A DNA stretch of 25,147 bases from Pseudomonadota bacterium (GCA_043798915.1 JAZDOG010000043.1:1-25147), one strand, 5' to 3'; shown: positions 1-10,690, counted from the first letter of the stretch. Notes: a model not told the origin generated them from the sequence alone. A program made the numbers and translations.

Positions 1-407
1 GGGGCGATGCCGGACTTCGTAGTCTCATCCCCGATGTTGACCTCGATCAGGCAATCGATCCGCCGCGCCGCCCTGCGGTCTATCGCCTCGGCAAGTTCCA
101 CGGAATCCACGGCCTCGACGCAGGCGGCGACCGGGGCTACCAGTTTCGCCTTGTTCTTCTGCAGGTGCCCTATGAAATGCCATTCGATCGTGAGGTCAGC
201 GAGGGAGGCCGCCTTCTCCGCGAGCTCCTGCGCGTAGTTCTCGCCGAAAAGCCGCTGCCCTGCTGCATATGCCTCGCGTATCGCCTCCGCGGAATTGGTC
301 TTCGATACCGCGACGAGGGCGATCGACGCCGGGTCGCGTCCGCAGCGGCCTGCCGCCGCCTCGATGCGCCGGCGCACATCCTTCAGATTTTCGGCTATAC
401 TGGACAT
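1..407 (-). CDS. yggS: YggS/PLPBP family PLP-binding protein, 3' end runs off the window
   Basis: Manual translation from ATG at 407: MSSIAENLKDVRRRIEAAAGRCGRDPASIALVAVSKT...GQRLFGENYAQEL...IEWHFIGHLQKNKAK...LIEVNIGDETTKSG. It has the YggS motifs AVSK, FGENY, WHFIGHLQxNK and KSG. It is absent from the ORF track because the stop lies outside the window. Confidence 0.95.
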   Translation of the reverse strand, partial: MSSIAENLKDVRRRIEAAAGRCGRDPASIALVAVSKTNSAEAIREAYAAGQRLFGENYAQELAEKAASLADLTIEWHFIGHLQKNKAKLVAPVAACVEAVDSVELAEAIDRRAARRIDCLIEVNIGDETTKSGIA

Positions 408-420
408 ATGGGAACCTGGG

Positions 421-446
421 GATTGCTTCGCTCCACTCGCAATGAC
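421..446. repeat. Single arm of a GTCATTGCGAG...GAAGCAATC-type REP-like palindromic element in the yggS leader
   Basis: Sequence GATTGCTTCGCTCCACTCGCAATGAC has an internal ATTGC/GCAAT inverted repeat and resembles a widespread intergenic palindrome family (recognised from memory). Only one copy is in the window. Confidence 0.55.
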
Positions 447-463
447 AGCGTTAGCCAAATGAT

Positions 464-480
464 AGCTAGATGTCCACCTA
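464..480. repeat. 17-bp direct repeat, copy 1 (AGCTAGATGTCCACCTA)
   Basis: Identical to 1100..1116. Confidence 0.9.
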
Positions 481-551
481 TCACATGGGTCAAATGAAAC
501 CCTTGAAATGCAGCTGATCAGATGATAGCCTGAACTCGGGTTTGGCGGTCG

Positions 552-704
552 ATTGGCGACCTGAAAGTTATCGAAGGGTCGCTGCCTCCGAGAGCATTGG
601 GGCTCGTTGTGGAGTGGGCAATGATTCACAGAGATGAACTTGTGAAAGAATGGGAGTTGTCGCGCAGCAAGGAGCCTCTCTTTTCCATAGATCCATTAAA
701 ATAG
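552..704 (+). pseudogene. 5'-truncated DUF4160-family gene (C-terminal half only)
   Basis: Translates IGDLKVIEGSLPPRALGLVVEWAMIHRDELVKEWELSRSKEPLFSIDPLK*, a typical DUF4160 C-terminus. There is an in-frame TGA at 531-533 and no N-terminal HxPPHxH motif. It lies directly before DUF2442, its usual partner. Confidence 0.8.
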
Positions 705-713
705 AGGTGTGAA

Positions 714-956
714 ATGTTAAAAGATATCATCCGTGCGGAATATGTGGGTGGATACAAGATAAAGTTTCAATTTGAAGATGGAAAGATCGGCGTGCTTGAT
801 TTTGAAACGGCCATCGATAGGAAAGGTATATTCAGCCAGTTGGCCGATTTGGAATATTTCAAAAGATTCTATCTCAATAAGGAACTGGGAACGATATGCT
901 GGCCCAATGGGCAGGACGTCGCGCCCGAGACCATTTACGAAAAGATAGCTGCTTAG
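714..956 (+). CDS. DUF2442-domain protein (putative antitoxin partner of DUF4160)
   Basis: Pattern Y-K-I-x-F-x-F-E-D-G...G-I-F...F...G-T-I-C-W-P-N-G-x-D-V-A-P-E-T-I-Y, with a GAGGTG RBS upstream. Confidence 0.88.
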   Translation: MLKDIIRAEYVGGYKIKFQFEDGKIGVLDFETAIDRKGIFSQLADLEYFKRFYLNKELGTICWPNGQDVAPETIYEKIAA

Positions 957-962
957 AACTCA

Positions 963-1061
963 TTAAACTCTTTCCCCGAATATCGCGGTTCCCACGCGGA
1001 CGATCGTGGCGCCCTCTTCGATCGCGAGGTCCGCGAGGGAGGCCGCCTTCTCCGCGAGTTC
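963..1061 (-). pseudogene. yggS: Internally deleted remnant of a second yggS copy
   Basis: Reads ELAEKAASLADL-AIEEGATIVRVGTAIFGERV*. 1017..1062 is 43/46 identical to 183..228 of the intact yggS. The second half matches the conserved YggS C-terminal motif AIEEGxTxVRxGTAIFG. Confidence 0.88.
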
Positions 1062-1096
1062 CCCTCCCTCTGACTCCCTCCCACAAGGGGAGGGAG
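1062..1096. repeat. GC-rich hairpin REP-like repeat, single arm
   Basis: CCCTCCCTCTGA followed by CTCCCTCCC-ACAAG-GGGAGGGAG (perfect 9-bp stem); nearly identical to 10618..10652. Confidence 0.85.
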
Positions 1097-1099
1097 AAA

Positions 1100-1116
1100 A
1101 GCTAGATGTCCACCTA
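1100..1116. repeat. 17-bp direct repeat, copy 2 (AGCTAGATGTCCACCTA)
   Basis: Identical to 464..480. Confidence 0.9.
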
Positions 1117-1121
1117 ACTCC

Positions 1122-1150
1122 TTGTCAACAGAGAAGATTGTAGCTATAGT
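1122..1150 (+). promoter_or_regulatory. Putative sigma70 promoter of the lipoprotein-mla operon
   Basis: TTGTCA-N17-TATAGT just upstream of the ATG at 1160/1169. Confidence 0.6.
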
Positions 1151-1159
1151 CGCCAAATT

Positions 1160-1702
1160 ATGAGGGGGATGAGGATTATAGCCGCGGCATTCCTGTCTGC
1201 ATCCATTTTTGCCGCCGGATGCGTCCTGGGGCCTTCTTCGCATAAGGGCGTGATCGGCTACCGCCCGGGCGTCGTATTCCTGAAGCACAATCAGACATAT
1301 CGCGTTGGCATCCTCCCCGATGGTTGGGAGCGCACCCACCCGCCCGTACGCACGATCAGCTTCTATAACCCGTCCCTCAGGAGTTCAATAGCGACCGACG
1401 CCTATTGCGGAAAATCCGTGGGCGAGCGGAGGCTTGAAACCCTCGGGGGCGAGATCATCTCCGCATTTGATGACCGCCATATGCAGAGCGAAACAAAGTT
1501 CGACCTCGACGGCCGCGGTGCGCTCCGGCAGCGCGTGAGCGGGAAGGAAGACGGCGTGCCGGTCGTCGTCGATCTTGTCATCGTGAAGAAGGACGGATGC
1601 GTCTTCGACATGTACGCCGTCATGCCCCCTGATGCCGATCCTGCGGCAACGGCCGATTTTGAGGCGTTCTACGGCGAGTTTCACTACGAAGCGGCTCGAT
1701 AA
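1160..1702 (+). CDS. Putative lipoprotein of unknown function heading the mla operon
   Basis: Basic N-terminus, hydrophobic stretch and lipobox-like FAAG-C; host-like codon usage; 18 nt upstream of mlaE. Confidence 0.75.
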   Translation: MRGMRIIAAAFLSASIFAAGCVLGPSSHKGVIGYRPGVVFLKHNQTYRVGILPDGWERTHPPVRTISFYNPSLRSSIATDAYCGKSVGERRLETLGGEIISAFDDRHMQSETKFDLDGRGALRQRVSGKEDGVPVVVDLVIVKKDGCVFDMYAVMPPDADPAATADFEAFYGEFHYEAAR

Positions 1703-1720
1703 TTTTGGTAATTAAGGTCT

Positions 1721-2545
1721 ATGCCCATCTCCCAGGATTATAAAGACGAAGAGCATTCGATTTTCCTGCCGGTCCCGTTCATTACGCGGATGGGAGAGCG
1801 CTTCAACGCGGCGATGGATGTCGTCGGCGGCCTGGCGAGGTTGGCGCTGGAGTTCGTGCGGTGCCTCTGGACTTTCAAGCCGGAGTTGGGCGAGATCGCC
1901 CGCCAGCTCTCGATGATCGGCAACCGTTCCTTCTCGATAGTCGCGCTCACCGCCCTCTTCACCGGTTTCGTGATGGCCCTGCAGCTCGCGGTGGGGCTCG
2001 GCCGCTTCGGCCTAAAGCTCTACGTCGGGCAAGTGGTGGCGCTGGCGGTCTTCCGCGAGTTGGGGCCGGTGCTTACGGCGCTCATGGTCGCCGCGCGCGT
2101 GGGCAGCGGCATCGCGGCGGAGCTGGGCTCGATGGTGGTCACGGAGCAGGTGCTGGCGATTGAGGCGATGGGGGCAAACCCGGTTCAGAAGCTCGTCGTC
2201 CCCCGGGTTTTGGCGACGATCATCGCGACTCCGGTCCTTGCGGTGATGGCGGATGTCATCGGCGTATTCGGCGGAATGATCATCATGATACGCGAGGCTG
2301 GGGTGACGCCGCAGTTTTATATCGACCAGATCCAGAAGACTCTCATCACCGGCGATTTCACGAGCGGCATCCTCAAGGCCGCCTTCTTCGGCTTCTTCGT
2401 CGCGATCATCTCCTGCTACCAGGGGCTAGAGACCTCAGGCGGGACCGAGGGCGTCGGCAAGTCGACGACGCGGGCCGTCGTCTATGCGTCGATCACGATA
2501 TTCATATCGGATTTCTTTTTGACGAAGCTGATTTTGTATTTCTAG
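1721..2545 (+). CDS. mlaE: MlaE-family ABC transporter permease
   Basis: RELGPVLTALMVAARVGSGIAAELGSMVVTEQVLAIEAMGANP...LVVPRV and GGTEGVGKSTTRAVV motifs. Confidence 0.95.
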   Translation: MPISQDYKDEEHSIFLPVPFITRMGERFNAAMDVVGGLARLALEFVRCLWTFKPELGEIARQLSMIGNRSFSIVALTALFTGFVMALQLAVGLGRFGLKLYVGQVVALAVFRELGPVLTALMVAARVGSGIAAELGSMVVTEQVLAIEAMGANPVQKLVVPRVLATIIATPVLAVMADVIGVFGGMIIMIREAGVTPQFYIDQIQKTLITGDFTSGILKAAFFGFFVAIISCYQGLETSGGTEGVGKSTTRAVVYASITIFISDFFLTKLILYF

Positions 2546-2555
2546 GTCTGATCTT

Positions 2556-3311
2556 ATGGCGCAGCCTGTCATCGAGTTCAAGAAGGTGTGCAAGTCGTTC
2601 GGGGGGAATCGCGTCCTCGATGAGGCCGATCTTTCGATCTACAAGGGCGAGACGCTTACGATCATCGGCGGGTCCGGCAAGGGCAAGACGGTCTTCTTGA
2701 AGCTCATGCTGGGGGTGATCAGGCCCGACCGCGGCCGGATCCTCTTTCACGGCGATGATATTGGCGAGATGAAGGAGCGCGATCTCTCGAAGATTCGCAG
2801 CCACATCGGGATGCTCTTCCAGGGCGCGGCCCTCTTCGATTCGCTCACGGTCAAGGAGAACGTCGCGTATCCGCTGCGGCTTCACTTTAAATACCCGGAG
2901 GAGGAGATCTCCAGGCGAGTGGCGCAGAAGCTCTTTCTGGTCGGCTTATCGGGCACAGAGGAGATGATGCCGGCCGACCTCTCGGGCGGGATGAAGAAGC
3001 GCGTGGGGCTGGCGCGCGCCATTGCCACCGATCCCGACGTCATCCTCTACGACGAGCCGACGACGGGGCTCGACCCAGCCAACACCAAGCGCATCTGCCG
3101 ACTCATTCGCGAGATGCAGATGAAGCTGGGGATCACCTCGGTCGTCGTGACGCACGACATGACGGCTGCGTTTGCGGTGACCGACCGCGTCGCGATGATT
3201 CACCACCATCGCTTCGGGTTTGTGGGAACGAAAGAGGAGGCGCAGGCATCGAAGGATCCGCTTGTGCAGAATTTTATCAGGGGTGAAATGGAGACGGGCG
3301 ACGGAGGTTGA
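2556..3311 (+). CDS. mlaF: MlaF-family ABC transporter ATP-binding protein
   Basis: Walker A GGSGKGKT, GMLFQGAALFDSLTV, signature LSGGMKKRVGLARA, Walker B ILYDEPTTGLDP, and VTHD. Confidence 0.95.
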   Translation: MAQPVIEFKKVCKSFGGNRVLDEADLSIYKGETLTIIGGSGKGKTVFLKLMLGVIRPDRGRILFHGDDIGEMKERDLSKIRSHIGMLFQGAALFDSLTVKENVAYPLRLHFKYPEEEISRRVAQKLFLVGLSGTEEMMPADLSGGMKKRVGLARAIATDPDVILYDEPTTGLDPANTKRICRLIREMQMKLGITSVVVTHDMTAAFAVTDRVAMIHHHRFGFVGTKEEAQASKDPLVQNFIRGEMETGDGG

Positions 3312-3312
3312 C

Positions 3313-4173
3313 ATGATTCGCAAAAGATTGACGGAGTTTCGGGTCGGGGTGTTCGTCACGGCGGGGCTCATCCTCGCGATGCTCATCATCTTCATGCTGG
3401 GCGGCGAACATCGCCTCCTCGAGCGACACTACACCCTCTATGCCAATTTCGATTCTATCGCGGGGCTGCGCATCGGCGCCCCGGTGCAGGTGGCAGGTTT
3501 GAAGGTGGGTTTTGTCGACAAGACCGTCGTCCCCAGGACGCTCGAGCAGCGCCAGCTGAGCGTCGTTCTGCGCGTCCAGAAGCGTTACGAGGAACTCATC
3601 CGCAGCGATTCTGAGGCGACGGTCGAAACGCAGGGGCTTCTGGGCGACAAGTACATCCACATCTCCATGGGCAGCGAGGTCCAATCCCGGATTCCCGATA
3701 ACGGCATCGTCCCCTCCAAGGAGACGACCTCCATCTTTGCGCTTGCCGACAAGGCCGGCTCGATCCTCGACGACGTCGGCAAGGCCTCCGAGACCATCAA
3801 GGATCTTCTGGGCACCATGCACGGGACGAAGGGCGAGGGCGACCTGAAGGCGTCCATAGCCTCCATCAGGAACACGCTCGGGCAGATCGAGAAGGGAAAC
3901 GGGCTCGCGCATGCCCTCATCTATGATCCCAGCGGCGGGAGGGCGATCACAGACCTCTCCGAGGGCATCAAATCCATCAAGACCGCTTCGGTCGACCTCA
4001 GAACCATCCTTGGCGCCATGCGCCGCAGCGAGGGGACGCTGGGCCGCCTCATCAACGATCCGGCCCTCTATGACGACCTTCGGGCCCTCGTGGGGCGAGC
4101 CAATCGCAACAGGCTCCTGAGGGCGGTGATACGCTCGACCATAAGCGAAAACGACAGGCAGGTTACAAAATAG
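3313..4173 (+). CDS. mlaD: MlaD/MCE-domain protein
   Basis: EFRVGVFV plus one TM segment, then F-D-S-I-A-G-L-R-I-G-A-P-V-Q-V-A-G-L-K-V-G-F-V and TQGLLGDKYI, with a helical C-terminus. Start placed at ATG 3313 after GGAGG. Confidence 0.92.
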   Translation: MIRKRLTEFRVGVFVTAGLILAMLIIFMLGGEHRLLERHYTLYANFDSIAGLRIGAPVQVAGLKVGFVDKTVVPRTLEQRQLSVVLRVQKRYEELIRSDSEATVETQGLLGDKYIHISMGSEVQSRIPDNGIVPSKETTSIFALADKAGSILDDVGKASETIKDLLGTMHGTKGEGDLKASIASIRNTLGQIEKGNGLAHALIYDPSGGRAITDLSEGIKSIKTASVDLRTILGAMRRSEGTLGRLINDPALYDDLRALVGRANRNRLLRAVIRSTISENDRQVTK

Positions 4174-4183
4174 AGGCGCATAT

Positions 4184-4212
4184 TTGATATCGCTTTGAAC
4201 ACGTGTTAGAAT
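4184..4212 (+). promoter_or_regulatory. Putative promoter of the prkA operon with overlapping palindrome
   Basis: TTGATA-N17-TAGAAT with a TGN extension; perfect palindrome AACACGTGTT at 4198..4207. Confidence 0.6.
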
Positions 4213-4257
4213 AGGCCGTTGCAAAGGATCCAACAGGCATTCGACAAGGAGGGTATT

Positions 4258-6345
<2,088 letters not shown>

Positions 6346-6348
6346 AAT

Positions 6349-7452
6349 ATGGCCCAGAAAATTGACCAGGATGTCGGCCGGTTCAGGCAGATCGTCCGCG
6401 GACGGATCAAGAAAGAGCTGCGAAAGTTCATCTCCACCGGCGAGCTGGTCGGCAAAAAGGGGAAGGACCTGGTCAGCATCCCCATCCCCCGCATCGACAT
6501 CCCTCATTTCATCTACGGCGACAAGCAGAAGGGCGGGGTGGGGCAGGGCGGCGGCGACGTCGGCGGCCCCGCTCAACCCGGAGATCAGGAGGGCGCCTCG
6601 ACGGCCGGCTCGGCCCCGGGCGAGCACTTCCTCGAAGTCGAGGTGAGCTACGAGGAGCTGGCGCAGATGTTGGGCGAGGAGCTCGAGCTCCCGAGGATTG
6701 TCCCCAAGGGGACGGAGGACCTGGAGGCGAAGAGCTACAAATACACCGGCATCGCGCCCACGGGACCCGAGAGCCTGCGCCACTTCAAGCGCACCTACCG
6801 CAAGGCCCTCAGGCGCCAGATCATGAGCGGCACGTACGATCCTCGCCGCCCTCTCATCATACCCGTGCGCGAGGACCGCGTATACAGGACCTGGAAGGAG
6901 CAGACGCGCCCGAAGAGCCGGGCCCTCATCGTCTATATCCTCGATGTCTCGGGCTCCATGGGGAGCGAGCAGAAGGATATCGTCAGGCTCGAGTCGTTCT
7001 GGATCGACACGTGGATCCGCTCCCAGTATCAGGGCGTGGATGTCCGATACATCATTCACGACGCCGTGGCGCGCGAGGTCGATCGCGAGACGTTCTTCCA
7101 CACGAGGGAGAGCGGCGGCACGATCATTTCCTCGGCATACAAGCTCCTCTTGAAGATCATCGAGGATCACTATAATCCCGCGGAGTGGAACATCTATCCG
7201 TTTCAGTTTTCCGATGGCGACAACTGGTCCGGTAACGACACGGAGGAATGCCTGAACCTCCTCGATAAGGAGATCATGCCGATCTCCAACCTCTTTTGCT
7301 ATGGGCAGGTCGAGAGCGAATACGGCAGCGGCCAGTTCCTCAAGGACCTGGATGAGAGGTTCCCCGCCCACGAGGTGCTGGTGACGTCCAAAATTCCGAA
7401 TCGCGATGCGATCATCGATTCGATAAAGACGTTTCTTGGAAAAGGGAAATAA
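6349..7452 (+). CDS. yeaH: YeaH/YhbH (DUF444) vWA-like protein
   Basis: Gly-rich linker, MIDAS-like [17 protein letters not shown] and [14 protein letters not shown]; canonical position between prkA and spoVR. Confidence 0.93.
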   Translation: MAQKIDQDVGRFRQIVRGRIKKELRKFISTGELVGKKGKDLVSIPIPRIDIPHFIYGDKQKGGVGQGGGDVGGPAQPGDQEGASTAGSAPGEHFLEVEVSYEELAQMLGEELELPRIVPKGTEDLEAKSYKYTGIAPTGPESLRHFKRTYRKALRRQIMSGTYDPRRPLIIPVREDRVYRTWKEQTRPKSRALIVYILDVSGSMGSEQKDIVRLESFWIDTWIRSQYQGVDVRYIIHDAVAREVDRETFFHTRESGGTIISSAYKLLLKIIEDHYNPAEWNIYPFQFSDGDNWSGNDTEECLNLLDKEIMPISNLFCYGQVESEYGSGQFLKDLDERFPAHEVLVTSKIPNRDAIIDSIKTFLGKGK

Positions 7453-7461
7453 ACATCGATC

Positions 7462-8976
7462 ATGGCCATGGGAATCATAAAATCGCAGCCGAAGCACATG
7501 ACCTCCCTTCCTCCCGATCTTGCGGCGGTGAAGAAGGAGGTGGAGGGGTATGCGCGCGATTTCGGCCTCGATTTCTTCAACGTGATCTTCGAGGTCCTCG
7601 ACTGGAACCAGCTGAACGAGGTTGCGGCCTACGGCGGCTTCCCAAACCGCTATCCGCACTGGCGCTTCGGGATGGAATACGAGGAGCTCTCCAAGAGCTA
7701 TGCCTACGGCCTCTCGAAGATCTACGAGATGGTCGTCAACACCGACCCATGCTACGCCTATCTCCTCTACTCGAATGCGCTCGTCGATCAGAAGCTCGTG
7801 ATGGCGCACGTCTACGCCCACTGCGACTTCTTCAAGAACAACGTCTATTTCGCGCACACCAACCGCAAGATGATGGACGAGATGGCCAACCACAAGACGC
7901 GCGTGCTTCGCTATATCGACCAGATCGGCCATGACAAGGTCGAGGATTTCATCGATGCGTGCCTTTCGCTCGATACCCTCATCGATTACCACGCCCCGGC
8001 GATCAGGAGGAGGCGCTCCCCCGCGGCGGAGGATCAGGGCGAACGGCGCCCTGTGAAGACGCTCAAGGTGGGTCGGCCGTATCTCGAAAAATACATAAAC
8101 CCGGAGAAGTTCATAGAGGAACAGCGCAAGGCGCTCGACGAGGACGCGAAAAAGGAGAAGCGCTTCCCCGAGCATCCGGAAAAAGACATCCTCCTTTTCC
8201 TCATGGAAAACGGGCCGCTCGACAAGTGGGAGCGCGATATCCTCTCGATCATCCGAGAGGAGGCGTACTACTTCGCGCCGCAGGGGCAGACGAAAATTTT
8301 GAACGAAGGGTGGGCGTGTTTTTGGCACAGCAGGATCATGACCGAGAAGGCGCTCAATGATTCAGAGGTGATCGACTATGCGGATCATCATTCTGGAACG
8401 GTCGCGATGGGGCCCAACCGCATAAATCCATATAAAATCGGGTTGGAACTTTTGCGCGACATCGAGGACCGGTGGAACAAGGGCAAGTTCGGCAAGGAGT
8501 ATGAGGATTGCAACGACATGGTGGCCAAGAAGAACTGGGACATGAAGCTCAATCTGGGCCGCCAGAAGATCTTCGAGGTGCGGCGCCTCTACAGCGACGT
8601 CAATCTCATCGACGAGTTCCTTACTCCCGAGTTCTGCCAGGAGCATCGGCTCTTCGTCTATGCCTACAACCTCTCGACCGACCAGTGCGAGATCGCCAGC
8701 CGCGAGTTCAAGAAGATCAAGAGGCAGTTCCTCTTCCAGCTCACCAATTTCGGCCACCCGATCATCGACGTGGTCGAAGGCAACCACAAGAACCGCGGCG
8801 AGCTCCTGCTCAAACACACGCACGAGGGCGTGGACCTTCGCCACGACTACGCCTGCGAGACGCTCAAGAACCTCCACAAGCTCTGGCGCCGCCCCGTCGG
8901 CATCGATACGGTGGTCGAGGGGATACCCAAAATACTCTTGTTCGATGGCAAGGAAGTCGAGGAGGAGAGGGTATAG
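7462..8976 (+). CDS. spoVR: SpoVR/YcgB family protein
   Basis: GFPNRYPHWRFG, KIYEMVVN, AHVYAHCDFFKNN, YYFAPQGQTKILNEGWACFWH and NPYKIG motifs. Confidence 0.95.
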   Translation: MAMGIIKSQPKHMTSLPPDLAAVKKEVEGYARDFGLDFFNVIFEVLDWNQLNEVAAYGGFPNRYPHWRFGMEYEELSKSYAYGLSKIYEMVVNTDPCYAYLLYSNALVDQKLVMAHVYAHCDFFKNNVYFAHTNRKMMDEMANHKTRVLRYIDQIGHDKVEDFIDACLSLDTLIDYHAPAIRRRRSPAAEDQGERRPVKTLKVGRPYLEKYINPEKFIEEQRKALDEDAKKEKRFPEHPEKDILLFLMENGPLDKWERDILSIIREEAYYFAPQGQTKILNEGWACFWHSRIMTEKALNDSEVIDYADHHSGTVAMGPNRINPYKIGLELLRDIEDRWNKGKFGKEYEDCNDMVAKKNWDMKLNLGRQKIFEVRRLYSDVNLIDEFLTPEFCQEHRLFVYAYNLSTDQCEIASREFKKIKRQFLFQLTNFGHPIIDVVEGNHKNRGELLLKHTHEGVDLRHDYACETLKNLHKLWRRPVGIDTVVEGIPKILLFDGKEVEEERV

Positions 8977-9003
8977 AGGCGCAAATTTTCCTTCGTATAT
9001 TAT

Positions 9004-9035
9004 TTGACACTACATATATTATGGCATAATATGTA
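9004..9035 (+). promoter_or_regulatory. Promoter and palindromic operator of the RHH-RelE pair
   Basis: TTGACA(9004-9009)-N17-TAATAT; inverted repeat ATATTATG-G-CATAATAT (9016..9032) overlaps the -10; GGAGGTG RBS follows. Confidence 0.7.
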
Positions 9036-9052
9036 TACGGAGGTGATGACTT

Positions 9053-9265
9053 ATGCCAATGCAGAATATCAGCGCAACTATCGATTCCGATCTTTTGAAG
9101 AAACTTGATGATATATCCGATATCAGCGAGAGAAACAGGTCATGGCTCATTGCCAAAGCCGTGGAGCTTTATCTGGAAGAGTTTGAGGATTTGCAGATAG
9201 CCATGGGCCGCTTGAACGATGAGAGGTTGTCATCAGCCAGATTCAAAAAGGCGCTGAATGCGTAA
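9053..9265 (+). CDS. Ribbon-helix-helix (CopG-like) antitoxin
   Basis: ISATIDSDLLKKLDDIS...RNRSWLIAKAVELYLEE RHH pattern with acidic C-terminus; overlaps the RelE gene. Confidence 0.85.
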   Translation: MPMQNISATIDSDLLKKLDDISDISERNRSWLIAKAVELYLEEFEDLQIAMGRLNDERLSSARFKKALNA

Positions 9266-9527
9266 ATATAAAATTGAATACGCAAAAGGCGTCGTGAAGG
9301 ATCTGAAAGGTCTTCCGCGCGATGTCCGTTCGAAGGCATTTGAGATAATTGAGAAAGATCTGGCCCTTGACCCCCACAAGGGCCGGCCTCTCACCGGCCC
9401 ATATAAAGGTCTTTGGAAATACAGGATCGGTGATTATCGCATAATTTACTCTATTATTGAGAGCAGGGTTGTCGTTTTTGTCCTTCGCATCCGGCACAGA
9501 AAGAACGTGTATTTGGGAATAGTGTGA
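9258..9527 (+). CDS. relE: RelE/ParE family type II toxin (RelE-like)
   Basis: YKIEY...KDLKGL...P..GRPLTGPYKGLWKYRIGDYRIIYSI...VLRIRHRKNVY. Confidence 0.9.
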   Translation: MRKYKIEYAKGVVKDLKGLPRDVRSKAFEIIEKDLALDPHKGRPLTGPYKGLWKYRIGDYRIIYSIIESRVVVFVLRIRHRKNVYLGIV

Positions 9528-9589
9528 GAACATCCAGGGGCAATAATAAAATTGTTTGTCAGGATGCTGCAGTGTGTTAGGATTTGACC

Positions 9590-10006
9590 ATGAAGAATCT
9601 GCCCATTTTAAAATCCAAACACAGATGCGCCCTGTCAAAGATGGGCGTGTGTGTCCTGTATATCTTTGGATCCCGGTCAATGGGGAAAAGCGGCCCCCTT
9701 TCCGACTTTGACTATGCGGTTCTTCTGCCGGAAAGCGGCCATCTGCGCGGGGACGGTCTCTACTTTGAACTGTACGACCTGCTCTCGGATATTTCAAAGA
9801 GGACCTTGAAAAATGATGTCATCGATATAGTATTTTTGAGAGACGTGGGTCTGGAACTTAAGTTCCACGTCGTTCGCCATGGTGTTGTCCTTTTCGAAAA
9901 AGACCCGAATGTCCGCCTTGACTTTGAGGCCGAAACGACGCTCTTATACTGTGATTTCAGGCCGCTCCTGGATCAATTTGACACATCGATTTTGGAGGCG
10001 CTATGA
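9590..10006 (+). CDS. Minimal nucleotidyltransferase (MNT/MntA-like antitoxin)
   Basis: LYIFGSRSMGKSGPLSDFDYAV (GS-X10-DXD) and IDIVFL; ATGA overlap with the HEPN gene. Confidence 0.88.
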   Translation: MKNLPILKSKHRCALSKMGVCVLYIFGSRSMGKSGPLSDFDYAVLLPESGHLRGDGLYFELYDLLSDISKRTLKNDVIDIVFLRDVGLELKFHVVRHGVVLFEKDPNVRLDFEAETTLLYCDFRPLLDQFDTSILEAL

Positions 10007-10461
10007 AATACAAATCGCTTGAGCGCGAAGCCATATTTCCAAGAATAGACGGCATCAGCCGGAACATCGCCAAACTCAACGAGCTGGCTTCGCTGCCCTT
10101 CGATAAATTCTCTGACGGAGATGCCTTTGATCTTGCGCAACATCATTTGCGCATGGCCCTTGAGGGCGTCTTTCATATTTCGACTCACATCCTGTCCCGC
10201 ATGCCGGGTGGAAGGGCCGTGGAGTATAAAGAAATTGCCCTCAAGATGGGGGAATTAAAAATTGTCCCGAAAAAGTTCGCGGCGGAGAAACTCGTTCCCA
10301 TGGCAGGCATGCGGAATATCCTTGTTCATCACTATTCAGACATAGATCCCAAAAAGCTTTATGACGTTGTGAAAAACCACGGGGCGGATATCGAGCTTTT
10401 TTTGGGCTACATCAAAGAGGTTTTAAAGACTCCCGCTAAATTCGGCCTCACGATTTCCTGA
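10003..10461 (+). CDS. HEPN/DUF86 RNase toxin (HepT-like)
   Basis: GMRNILVHHYSDID carries the R-X4-H-X-Y motif; paired with MNT. Confidence 0.9.
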   Translation: MKYKSLEREAIFPRIDGISRNIAKLNELASLPFDKFSDGDAFDLAQHHLRMALEGVFHISTHILSRMPGGRAVEYKEIALKMGELKIVPKKFAAEKLVPMAGMRNILVHHYSDIDPKKLYDVVKNHGADIELFLGYIKEVLKTPAKFGLTIS

Positions 10462-10546
10462 GCGCGCCTCATAGATCCGTTTTTTCGAAGGATAAACGCC
10501 CCTTTTGCCCTTTATTGGTAACCATTCACGTGCCTGCGTCTCTTTT

Positions 10547-10652
10547 CCCTCTCCCTTGAGGGGAGAGGGTCGGGGTGAGGGTGGCGATGGCAACCGGGTG
10601 AAAAAATCGCAGGGTCACCCTCCCTCTGACTCCCTCCCATCAAGGGAGGGAG
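10547..10652. repeat. Complete two-armed inverted REP-like element
   Basis: Left arm CCCTCTCCC-TTGAG-GGGAGAGGG-TCGGGGTGAGGGTG (10547..10583); right arm CACCCTCCCTCTGA-CTCCCTCCC-ATCAA-GGGAGGGAG (10616..10652). Confidence 0.88.
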
Positions 10653-10690
10653 AATTTCGAAAGACGCACTGCTGAATAGTTACTCTGAAA

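Noticed and set aside
7..497. Track ORFs 7..237, 165..497 and 170..379
   Set aside because: They overlap the real yggS frame on the minus strand.
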